Translations under genes and position numbers: made by a program | NCBI GenBank assembly: GCA_964604825.1 | Contig: CAZSAL010000010.1 | Location: 2,141-66,140 of the forward strand | Length of the DNA stretch: 64,000 nucleotides | Direction: 5' to 3' | DNA from: an uncultured Elusimicrobia bacterium | GTDB taxonomy: Bacteria > Elusimicrobiota > Elusimicrobia > 2-01-FULL-59-12 | Notes under the pieces: generated by a model | Seen by the model: only the letters and a program-made list of their open reading frames with translations | What the model was told of the DNA's origin: nothing | Database searches by the model: none | Shown here: one piece after another, positions 27,493 through 35,579 of the stretch | Position numbering within the stretch: position 1 is the first letter of the stretch | How the letters are laid out: each line of letters opens with the position of its first letter

Positions 27493-28868
27493 TGGAACAA
27501 ACTCCAGATTAAATAAACAGGCGGGAAAGCTTTAAAATTCCATACGGAGTCCAAGAGCGCGATGTTCTCCCAGCTCCACGTGGCGTAGGCTCCGATAGCA
27601 TTCACGGCCACGGACCAGCCAACTGTAAGCCACCACAGCCGCCGCCAGCCGGATTTTGATTCCAGCAAAGGCACCACGGCGGGAAGAAAATAAAAGCCAA
27701 GCACGCACGGGCCCGTCAGATAACGCGGGCCAAACGAAAAACCCCCGTTCCAGGGGCCGTAACTGGCGATGAGCAGGAACATACTCATCACGTTTAGAGC
27801 CAGGGTAATTGTCACGGCACGGCAATGAAGACGGCGGTCCCGAATGGCAATCCATGCTCCGGCAACGCACCAGATCATCACAGGAGAGAAGAAAAGAATT
27901 CCCCGGCCCGGGCTCGCGATAAGCCCGGAAATGGCGTTCCATCTTGGATAGAGATGGAAATGCGTGCTCTGGTAACTGAATTCCGCAGGAAGGCCTGTTC
28001 CCACAACCTTATACCAGTACGTCCACAATATGGTGGCAGGGGCGGCGGCACCGACGATAAAACGCAACAGAGCGGATCCCCCGATTAACAACGCCGTGAA
28101 CCCAAAAAACAACGCAGAGACCGCATTCGCGCTCCGTGCGGCAACGGAGCAAACAGCAAAAAATCCCACCGCATACCACAGCGCGGCATTTTCTGTCACT
28201 TGATCGATGGCAAAAAGTTCCGCCGTAAGCATCAGGGTCGATGCCGGATGCTGCCATAGAGCCTGGCTTGACAGGCTCCAGGCGCTCGTTCCCATGGCGA
28301 AGACCAGGGCCAGAATAAATGCCCATTTCTCGGATACTTTCTTCCGGAAAATACGGAAAAACAGCCAGACGACGACGGCGCACATCAACGAGGCGCTGAT
28401 TTTCTCGAGCTGATGAAGCACGTGGCCGTCCGGAACAACACCCCGCAGGGCCGGGATCAAATAGACCGGAAGGGAGAGCAACGGCGAAAGCACCGGATAA
28501 AAGGACACCAGATGACCATGCACCCGGATAACATTGTCCTGGTTATGCGCAAACCAGCCGGCGAAGTTGTCGAGATGCGGATCGCCTTTCTGGATGATAT
28601 TGAAGGGCATAAGGCTCGCAGGCAGGTCGTCGGAGCCGTGCCAGCGGAAGTTGGATAGAAAAATAAACAGGCAAAGCAGGAATAAAATACGGCCATTCCA
28701 GAATGGGCGTCCGGCCTTTTTATCCTGTAGAAAACAAACTATTAAAGTAGCCAGGGCAAAAAGAGCAAGACCAGTCCACGGCGTTTGTGTCTTAACAAAC
28801 GCCAGCTGGAATATGAAGATGCTGCCTGTCAAAACAGATAAAAATAAATGGATCATTGACGGTATCAA
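27489..28868 (-). CDS. polytopic membrane protein, GT-C-like putative glycosyltransferase
   Basis: At least 12 TM helices. It is convergent with the previous gene and overlaps it by 4 nt. Confidence 0.5.
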   Translation of the reverse strand: MIPSMIHLFLSVLTGSIFIFQLAFVKTQTPWTGLALFALATLIVCFLQDKKAGRPFWNGRILFLLCLFIFLSNFRWHGSDDLPASLMPFNIIQKGDPHLDNFAGWFAHNQDNVIRVHGHLVSFYPVLSPLLSLPVYLIPALRGVVPDGHVLHQLEKISASLMCAVVVWLFFRIFRKKVSEKWAFILALVFAMGTSAWSLSSQALWQHPASTLMLTAELFAIDQVTENAALWYAVGFFAVCSVAARSANAVSALFFGFTALLIGGSALLRFIVGAAAPATILWTYWYKVVGTGLPAEFSYQSTHFHLYPRWNAISGLIASPGRGILFFSPVMIWCVAGAWIAIRDRRLHCRAVTITLALNVMSMFLLIASYGPWNGGFSFGPRYLTGPCVLGFYFLPAVVPLLESKSGWRRLWWLTVGWSVAVNAIGAYATWSWENIALLDSVWNFKAFPPVYLIWSLFH

Positions 28869-29048
28869 TATAACGATTTCAGGAGAAAAAAGGGTCGCTT
28901 TTAATTGCCCTAAGCGAGGAAGAATTTTCGCACAGCTATGCAGTCACCGAAGGCGTGCTTTTCATGCACCCAACGGTCCCGTTCCTTGTGAAATATTCAT
29001 AGTCGGGTCCGCCAGAGTCCCAGTGGCGGATAACCCAGCCCGTGATCT

Positions 29049-29068
29049 GTCGCCAGACGTCTGGCGAC
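29049..29068. terminator. perfect 20-nt palindrome gtcgccagacgtctggcgac just downstream of tRNA-Glu. Candidate tRNA terminator/processing hairpin.
   Basis: Read directly. A near-copy, tcgccggacgtctggag, occurs at 32719-32735. Confidence 0.3.
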
Positions 29069-29087
29069 CGTCCTAAGATTGCTGGTT

Positions 29088-29161
29088 TGGCCCGTACGGG
29101 ATTCGAACCCGTGGTCTTGTCCTTGAGAGGGACACGTCCTGGGCCACTAGACGAACGGGCC
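29088..29161 (-). tRNA. tRNA-Glu (anticodon CTC)
   Basis: The reverse complement reads GGCCCGTTCGTCTAGTGGCCCAGGACGTGTCCCTCTCAAGGACAAGACCACGGGTTCGAATCCCGTACGGGCCA. Anticodon stem TGTCC/GGACA with loop CTCTCAA, and T-loop GTTCGAATC. It is followed by the palindrome gtcgccagacgtctggcgac. Confidence 0.85.
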
Positions 29162-29176
29162 AAACCAGCCTCCCTA

Positions 29177-30205
29177 TCAGTTCTTGGGTATTTCCGGAGC
29201 GGCCAGGGCTTCAGGAACACCGCCTTCCAGGGCCTGATGGCCGCCCGCTGCCTGAAGTTTATCCTCAAACCTTCCCAGATGTTTTTCCGCTTCAATGTAG
29301 CGGGCCTGGGCGTTGTTTAAATGCTGGCCAACTTTCCTGAAATCCTCGCCGAACCGTTCCAGCTCGACACGCAAACGGTTCAGGTTGTTGATGATCTCCC
29401 TGGCCTGCTCTTCAATGCGCATGCCGCGGAAGCCCTGTGAAAGCGTCAGCAGGTACGCGTAAAAAGAATTCGGAGAAACCGGCATAACCTGCCGGGAAAT
29501 AGCGTACTGGTAAAGAGCGCGGTCCGAGTCATCTCCGTCGACTTTGATGATCGTCTCATAATAAACATTTTCCGCCGGTATGTACATCAACGCGAACGGG
29601 AATGTGCCTTCTTCCGGAAGGATGTAGCGCAAGCGGATATCGTCGATATGCTTCCGGACATCGCGCGCGAACTCCTTGCGGGCCGCCTGGCGCTCATCGT
29701 CCCCGGCGGCCTCCAGCATCCGCCGGAAGTTTTCCAGGGGGAATTTTGCGTCCACAGGCACAAGCCCTTCCTTCAGCCGGATCACGGCATCTACGATGTT
29801 CCCGGTTTTAAAACGATACTGGATGCTGTAATGTTCGCCCGGCAGGATTTCTCTGAGCAGATTCTCAAGAAGAATTTCCCCCATGCCTCCGCGCAGTTTC
29901 GGCGGCCGCAGGATATCCTGCAGGCTTGCAACGTCTTTCACCATGGATTGAATCTGTTGGTTGGCCTGGGAGAGCTGGCCAAGCCTGCTGCTCAGGTCGC
30001 CGTAAAGTTTTGCGGCGCTGTCGAGACGCTTATTGATTTCCCCTGTGCTCTGATTAAGGCTCTGCGCCACCTGCCCGCGCAAAGCTTCGAGCTGCTGCTG
30101 CATAAGGGACAAGGCCGGATCCCTGTCCGGACGTGCAGAACGGCTGGCCAACCACACAAGGGTACCGACTAGAACAACGATGAGAATGATTAACAAGATG
30201 ATCAT
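29177..30205 (-). CDS. rmuC: DNA recombination protein RmuC
   Basis: N-terminal TM segment, coiled-coil, and RmuC C-terminal core (ALMYIPAENVYYE...). Confidence 0.75.
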   Translation of the reverse strand: MIILLIILIVVLVGTLVWLASRSARPDRDPALSLMQQQLEALRGQVAQSLNQSTGEINKRLDSAAKLYGDLSSRLGQLSQANQQIQSMVKDVASLQDILRPPKLRGGMGEILLENLLREILPGEHYSIQYRFKTGNIVDAVIRLKEGLVPVDAKFPLENFRRMLEAAGDDERQAARKEFARDVRKHIDDIRLRYILPEEGTFPFALMYIPAENVYYETIIKVDGDDSDRALYQYAISRQVMPVSPNSFYAYLLTLSQGFRGMRIEEQAREIINNLNRLRVELERFGEDFRKVGQHLNNAQARYIEAEKHLGRFEDKLQAAGGHQALEGGVPEALAAPEIPKN

Positions 30206-30215
30206 CTATTTCTCC

Positions 30216-30290
30216 GTCATCCCCGAGGACTTAATCGGGGATCCAGCTATTCTACAACTGGATTCCCGCTAACGACATGCGGGAATGACA
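30216..30290. repeat. two-hairpin repeat element, copy B (tcatccccga-N8-tcggggatcc ... attcccgc-N9-gcgggaatgaca), between rmuC and the VanZ gene
   Basis: Stem 2 differs from copy A by a compensatory pair (a/t to c/g). Confidence 0.55.
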
Positions 30291-30295
30291 ACTGT

Positions 30296-30667
30296 TTAAG
30301 GGATTATACCAAGGGCCAGCCAGCCGCCGGTGGTGTCGATCATGACATCCGAAATACAGCCATGACGTCCCTGGGTGAAAGTCTGATGGTATTCATCAAG
30401 AGATGCGTAAAGAAACGTCAGGACAAGCGCCGCGGCAAAGATTTTTTTCCACGACAGATACGCGGTGTTTATGAATGCTCTTGCGATTAAACGCGCCAGA
30501 ATGCCAAACACGCCCATATGTCCGGCTTTGCGTATCCAGAAATCCCACGGCCCCTGCACAAACCGCAGATCAGGAATGCTGGAAAGATAAAAAATGAAAG
30601 CCGCCCACGCCAGAACCGGCAGCCAATACTTCACTAAGGGAAGAACTTTTGACGGTCTGCCTGTCAT
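30296..30667 (-). CDS. VanZ family protein
   Basis: 4-TM protein with the VanZ-like motifs DKAGHMGVFGILA and SLDEYHQ. Confidence 0.7.
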   Translation of the reverse strand: MTGRPSKVLPLVKYWLPVLAWAAFIFYLSSIPDLRFVQGPWDFWIRKAGHMGVFGILARLIARAFINTAYLSWKKIFAAALVLTFLYASLDEYHQTFTQGRHGCISDVMIDTTGGWLALGIIP

Positions 30668-30766
30668 TCCGAGGCCCTCTTCCCTTTGCCTCGCAAGAAG
30701 GAGGGCCGTGGGAATCTCGCCGTTTGGAATAAGATCGCCACGTCGGACAATTTTAGATTCATTCTT

Positions 30767-31501
30767 TTACCTCCGTCTCATCCAGTCCTGATAATAAGGA
30801 TACCAATGCTGAACTTTCCATGAAAGATTCCAGATGTTCGTTCCCGGAAAAATGACTACGCGCCGGATGCGAAAGAGATTTTCGTTGTGAGCACGCGGAG
30901 CGTTGTCCGTGGCGAAACCGGCTTCGAAACCGGCATCACTCACAAAATGATCCACCGTGTCGTTAGTTTCTCCATACGGATATGCGAAACTCCGGATAGA
31001 TCTGCCCAGAAGGTCTTCAAGCCCCTTTTTTGAATTAGCTATCTCCTGCCTGGCGGTTCTTTCGTCGACTCTGGTCAGATGCACATGGCTGCAGGTGTGT
31101 GCTCCGATTTCAAAACCCAGCCCATCGAGTTCCCGGTATTGCGGCGCAGACAGAAGCCGCATTCCGCCATTGTCCCAGGCGTTTGAGCCGCCCAATTGCC
31201 CGGATACGGCAAAAACTGTAGCTGAATACCCGTATTCCTTAAGAATCGGCGCGGCCAGAGTAAGCACTTCCTCGTAACCGTCATCGAAAGTTATGGCCAG
31301 GCATTTTCCTTTATACGGTTCGTTACCGCGCAGACGGCGGCCGTAATCGTCCAGGCTGACGGTCCGATAGCCCCTGTTTTTCAGCCAGCGCATATGCCCG
31401 CGGAAATCCGTGTCACTGATGGAAATGCGCGAAGGATCGGAAACCTTATCCGCAGGACCTTTCAGCACACGGTGATAAACAAGAATAGGCAGGTAGGACA
31501 C
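30767..31501 (-). CDS. polysaccharide deacetylase (NodB homology domain)
   Basis: LAITFDDGY, the HTCSH catalytic His motif, and FAYPYG. Confidence 0.8.
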   Translation of the reverse strand: MSYLPILVYHRVLKGPADKVSDPSRISISDTDFRGHMRWLKNRGYRTVSLDDYGRRLRGNEPYKGKCLAITFDDGYEEVLTLAAPILKEYGYSATVFAVSGQLGGSNAWDNGGMRLLSAPQYRELDGLGFEIGAHTCSHVHLTRVDERTARQEIANSKKGLEDLLGRSIRSFAYPYGETNDTVDHFVSDAGFEAGFATDNAPRAHNENLFRIRRVVIFPGTNIWNLSWKVQHWYPYYQDWMRRR

Positions 31502-31511
31502 GAAGGTTATT

Positions 31512-32615
31512 TTAATTTATAAGCGAACGGTAAACATCTTCCAAGGCAAGGGAAACAACTTCGACATCAAAATACTTTTTCATCTGCTCACGACACCAGG
31601 CAGGCTGAACAGGCATGCTGCCTGCAAGCAATTCCCGCAGCGCTTTCTCAAGCGCCACGGGATCGAAGTGTTTTGGAACCATGTGGTCGCCAAAATTGGA
31701 AGCAAGGCACGCCTTGAGCGTTTCGGGCATGACCAATCCCGCTATACCGCCTTCACCTAATGCTATGACCGGAATTCCAAAAGCAAGACTTTCCATGGCG
31801 GAACGCCCTGCGGCAATGACGCCCGCAGCGCCGTTGAGAAAAGCCGGCAGATCATTTTGAAATCCCGCCAATTCAACCGTGCTCGGCGCGATTGCGGCAT
31901 TAGTCTCCCGCAGCAGCCTGGTCCATTCCTGCCGGTGCTCTTCAGGAACGTGGCCGGCTATTTGAAAATGCACCTTAGGTAAAACCGCGGCGCAATGTTT
32001 CAGCGTCGTCAGCAAAAACCTGGCAGTCTCGCGACGCCCGCCAGAGAGCCGTCCCAAGAGAACGACACGATTCTCCTTCCCCCCTTGCGGGGGAAGGTTG
32101 GGATGGGGGGTACCCCCCACCTCTGTCCTCCCCCACAAGGGGGGAGGAGGTTCTATAAAAATCCCATTTCTAATCAGAACCAGCTTCCTGATTCCTTTTG
32201 CAAAATACCGCAACAGATGCGCCTCGACCATCTCGTCGATAGCAATGGTCGCATCGCCAAGGCAGGGCCATAGTTTTGAGAAAAAATGAACAGGCGGCGG
32301 CTGGTGTATGGTTGCAACGTGAGGGATACCGGTAATCCAGGCAGCCTGCGCCGCAGCCCAGTGAGCGCGCCTGGAGTGAGAATGGATAAGATCAATTTTG
32401 TTTTTTCTGATGAAGCCTGCAATCTTCAGAGCGTTTATGAAACCGTATGGTATGGCTTTCCTTGAAATGGGTAGAGACAAATACTTCTGGCCGTAATGCA
32501 GCCGGTCGGATATCCAGAAAATCCTGTGCTTTCCCTGCCAGGCCTTTGCAAGGGTTACGCAATAAGTTTCGGATCCCGCAGGCTCGAGGCAGGACAGGAG
32601 AAAGAGGATGTTCAC
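31512..32615 (-). CDS. glycosyltransferase family 4 (GT-B) with a repeat-derived in-frame insertion
   Basis: GT4 N- and C-terminal Rossmann halves. The segment IEPPPPLWGRTEVGGTPHPNLPPQGGKE is encoded by three GC-rich hairpins at 32073-32152. Confidence 0.75.
   Translation of the reverse strand: MNILFLLSCLEPAGSETYCVTLAKAWQGKHRIFWISDRLHYGQKYLSLPISRKAIPYGFINALKIAGFIRKNKIDLIHSHSRRAHWAAAQAAWITGIPHVATIHQPPPVHFFSKLWPCLGDATIAIDEMVEAHLLRYFAKGIRKLVLIRNGIFIEPPPPLWGRTEVGGTPHPNLPPQGGKENRVVLLGRLSGGRRETARFLLTTLKHCAAVLPKVHFQIAGHVPEEHRQEWTRLLRETNAAIAPSTVELAGFQNDLPAFLNGAAGVIAAGRSAMESLAFGIPVIALGEGGIAGLVMPETLKACLASNFGDHMVPKHFDPVALEKALRELLAGSMPVQPAWCREQMKKYFDVEVVSLALEDVYRSLIN
32073..32152. repeat. three tandem GC-rich hairpins (ccttcccccc-ttgc-gggggaagg, ggggggtacccccc, cctccccc-acaa-ggggggagg) inside the GT4 gene
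   Basis: Perfect short palindromes read directly. Same family as 32631-32765, 41563-41603 and 55314-55432. Confidence 0.6.
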
Positions 32616-32630
32616 CCCACCACCTCCAGA

Positions 32631-32765
32631 CTCCTTCTCCCCTCGGGGGAGAAGGCGGGGATGAGGGGCGGTTCATCGCGGGCGATCCCCTCACCCAAAC
32701 CTCGCCAATACTTCCGGCGAGTCGCCGGACGTCTGGAGCCCTCTCCCCAAAGGGGCGAGGGAGTG
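32631..32765. repeat. intergenic cluster of GC-rich palindromic repeats (ccttctcccc-tc-ggggagaagg, ggatgagggg...cccctcaccc, ccctctcccc-aaa-ggggcgaggg) that also contains tcgccggacgtctggag
   Basis: Read directly. It lies between the GT4 start and the amidase stop. ORFs 32392..32694, 32447..32803, 32496..32843 and 32612..32794 are translations of this repeat. Confidence 0.6.
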
Positions 32766-32790
32766 AACAACATAGAGATCATCAGAAAGC

Positions 32791-34581
32791 TCATCTTTCG
32801 TAATTATGCGCCGCGAAATTTCTTATGCCCTGAACTATGGTAAGGGCCAGTCTTTCCTGGAAGCTCGGATCAAAAAGAAGAATTTCCTGTTCCGGAACGA
32901 TTATGAACGCCTGTTCCGTTAGGATCGCGGGCATTTGCCTGATCCGGCATACGGCGAAATCCGCATAGTAAAGACCATGATCTGAAAGAGGAATGTTTTT
33001 CACGTAAGCGGAATGGACTGAATCAGCCAGATCCTGGCTGTGCTGATGATAAAAATATACGCTGAATCCATTATTTATAAGAGGATTTTCTCCTTCGCCG
33101 GAAGAATTGCAGTGCACGCTTACAAAAAGCCTGGCCTGACGTGCCCAGGCGATTATTCCCCGGTCATAAAGCGGGACCTGCCTGTCATCTTCCCTTGTTA
33201 AAAACGGCTGTGCCCCCATATCGCGCAGGTGCTCGAACACGCGCTTTGCTATCTGAAGGTTGGCATCCTTTTCCATTGTCCCGTGCGGCCCGATAGCTCC
33301 TTTTTCCGTGCCGCCATGCCCGGCGTCAACCGCGATGATCATCCCCTGGAGAGTCGGCCGGAGCCATGGTTTTCGAATTTCAATTACAAGAGTGGTCCCC
33401 TCGTAGCGGACATCGTAGCCCCACCAGTTCTGGAACTTGGCGTCAATCATCAACTGGCACACATCCGGCGCTGTCTGCCTCCAGCGGATGTGGCGGATGA
33501 GCGGATCTTTTGGATCAAAACGGATCAAATCGGTCTTAGCGACAGCGCCAAAAAGAGTCAGAGTCAACGATGCGGGGTTGGCAAATTCTTCTGTACGGTA
33601 AGCAAGCATGGACTGCAGGGGGACACGCACGATAGTCGAAGACCCGCTGTAGACGGTGGTAATATTTTCCAGATAACTTATGGGCGGCGCTGTTCCCCGC
33701 GGCAGTTCGGCAACTGCGCTTTCCCTGACCCAGCCGGTTTGATTTGAAGAAAGCCGTATGAACCTTTCCCGGCCCGTCTTCCCAAGAATTTGAACACGCA
33801 TGCCTTTGTACAGGAACAGATCATATCCGCCTTCAGAACCCGTCCTGACCGGGACATTATCTTCGGTGACCATGCCGACACGCACCTGAGATGGGTCAAG
33901 AATGGTGATATGCCCTGCCGCCTGCACGTCCACGCTTCGCGCCCCATGTTTTAAAAGAATTTCAATCGTCGCCCGGCTTGCCTTATCCGTCGGCTGTATA
34001 ACATAAGTTCCTTCGTAAATTCCCCGCGCTGCCGGCAGCGCCGTCGTTCCAGTTGAGAGTTGGGGAATGCCCGTTCCGATCTCAGTCATGGGAATGTGAT
34101 GCTTTAAGCCAAGAATGGCGAAAGTGGCTTTACCGTGCGGCGAACCTTGAAATACCACGCGCAGCGTTTCCCCGGGCATAAGCTCGACATCGTCCGGCGG
34201 GTTGACGGTATCTTTCAAGATCACAACAGGACGTTCAGGCAGAGGCTTGAAACCTTCTTCCACAACGAACCTGCGCTCAAGGCGGGTGACCTGGCCATTG
34301 GGAGCCTTTGCCTCGCAGGAAAGAACCATTGGCCCTTCATGAACAGGCGCCATCGCCAGATAACCTCCCCTGGGATGTACGGGAATCATCATCCCATTGA
34401 TGGTGAGAGTGGATCCCGGCGTCACTTCGCCATAGACAAAAGTTTCCGAAAGGTTTGGCAAATGCTGGCCTTCAGCGGGATGCAAAACCGTCAGCGCTGT
34501 GCCGGTGGACGGAACAGGCTGAGCATTTGCAGTAGCTGCACAAACAAATACGAACAAACTCGCTATAAAACCAACAACCAT
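32791..34581 (-). CDS. N-acetylmuramoyl-L-alanine amidase (Amidase_3 C-terminal domain)
   Basis: IIAVDAGHGG...FVSVHCNS...E motifs. The start is set at MVVGFIASLFVFVCAATANA (signal peptide) rather than the ORF maximum at 34761. Confidence 0.75.
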   Translation of the reverse strand: MVVGFIASLFVFVCAATANAQPVPSTGTALTVLHPAEGQHLPNLSETFVYGEVTPGSTLTINGMMIPVHPRGGYLAMAPVHEGPMVLSCEAKAPNGQVTRLERRFVVEEGFKPLPERPVVILKDTVNPPDDVELMPGETLRVVFQGSPHGKATFAILGLKHHIPMTEIGTGIPQLSTGTTALPAARGIYEGTYVIQPTDKASRATIEILLKHGARSVDVQAAGHITILDPSQVRVGMVTEDNVPVRTGSEGGYDLFLYKGMRVQILGKTGRERFIRLSSNQTGWVRESAVAELPRGTAPPISYLENITTVYSGSSTIVRVPLQSMLAYRTEEFANPASLTLTLFGAVAKTDLIRFDPKDPLIRHIRWRQTAPDVCQLMIDAKFQNWWGYDVRYEGTTLVIEIRKPWLRPTLQGMIIAVDAGHGGTEKGAIGPHGTMEKDANLQIAKRVFEHLRDMGAQPFLTREDDRQVPLYDRGIIAWARQARLFVSVHCNSSGEGENPLINNGFSVYFYHQHSQDLADSVHSAYVKNIPLSDHGLYYADFAVCRIRQMPAILTEQAFIIVPEQEILLFDPSFQERLALTIVQGIRNFAAHNYER

Positions 34582-34646
34582 ATTCCCTCGACCCCAATGG
34601 GGGCAAGGGAGTTTTGGAGCTATCTTAGCGGCAATTGTTTTAAGCT

Positions 34647-35558
34647 TCACTTCAATTTTCCTTCTCCAGCTTTTGCCAGGGATGTCCCGAGCAAGGCAAG
34701 AAATCCACCTAATTGTTTGGCCAAAACCGCGGAATCCGCGCCATCCGGTTGCAAAGGACAAAACTCCAGTTTCCAGTTCAATATTGCATCATAGTCCATA
34801 TTCCATTGCCACTTGTCCGACTCGTCCCCCATAACCAACCGGGCCTTGTCCCAGAATGTCTTCAAAGGATCTGTACTGCTTTTTTCAGCGGCCCCTTGTT
34901 TCCCCGATGCGCCGCTGCCACCATTTCCTTTGGCCAGTTTCCTGTCAATTGCAGTTCTTGTCTGTTTGACAGACCACCCACCTTTTATGATTTTATTGGC
35001 CATACCTTTTTGTGAATTCGCATTGTTAATTCGCATCAATTCGATTGAATGCTCACGCGTCAATGTGCGTTGACGCACATTATCCTTAATTGCCTCAGGC
35101 AAAGACAAAAGGGAGATTGATTTGGTCACATAGGTGCGGTCCTGACCCGCAATCTCCGCTATTCTATCATGCGTCCAATAAGCGCCATCAAGCTTGTTCA
35201 GGTTATTAAAACCTTCAGCTTCCTCTATAGGGTCAAGTTCTTCCCGCATCATGTTTTCAAGGAGCCCTTTGGCTGCAGCTTCCGCTTCGCTGACAGTTTT
35301 TATGACTTGCGCATCAAGAGCCTGCAAGCCGGCCAGAGCCGCAGCGCGCCATCGTCGTTCCCCAAAAATAATCTCAAAATAATCGCCTTTATCCCGCACA
35401 AGGATCGGCTCCAGTTGGCCTTCGTCCTGCATGGATTTGGCAAGAGCCTTCAGTCTGGGTTCTTCGAAATGCTTGCGAGCCTGATACGGCGACGGCTTAA
35501 TTTTATCCAGCGGTATCTTAACAATGGCTCTGGCATCAGTTGACGTAGTATCAGCCAT
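34647..35558 (-). CDS. ParB/Srx-superfamily N-terminal-domain protein, an orphan ParB-like
   Basis: IPLDKIKPSPYQARK and the GERRWRAA ParB box, an HTH region, and an atypical C-terminal ~110 aa. There is no parA neighbour. It sits immediately downstream of hsdR. Confidence 0.65.
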   Translation of the reverse strand: MADTTSTDARAIVKIPLDKIKPSPYQARKHFEEPRLKALAKSMQDEGQLEPILVRDKGDYFEIIFGERRWRAAALAGLQALDAQVIKTVSEAEAAAKGLLENMMREELDPIEEAEGFNNLNKLDGAYWTHDRIAEIAGQDRTYVTKSISLLSLPEAIKDNVRQRTLTREHSIELMRINNANSQKGMANKIIKGGWSVKQTRTAIDRKLAKGNGGSGASGKQGAAEKSSTDPLKTFWDKARLVMGDESDKWQWNMDYDAILNWKLEFCPLQPDGADSAVLAKQLGGFLALLGTSLAKAGEGKLK

Positions 35559-35579
35559 GACTATCCTCCTTGTATACTT

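Noticed and set aside
28936-29295. 119-aa ORF
   Set aside because: It overlaps tRNA-Glu and the rmuC 3' end. Spurious.
32098-32843. ORFs 32098..32289, 32392..32694, 32447..32803, 32496..32843 and 32612..32794, rich in P/G/R
   Set aside because: They are read-through translations of the GC-rich palindromic repeats and of the antisense of GT4. They are not genes.
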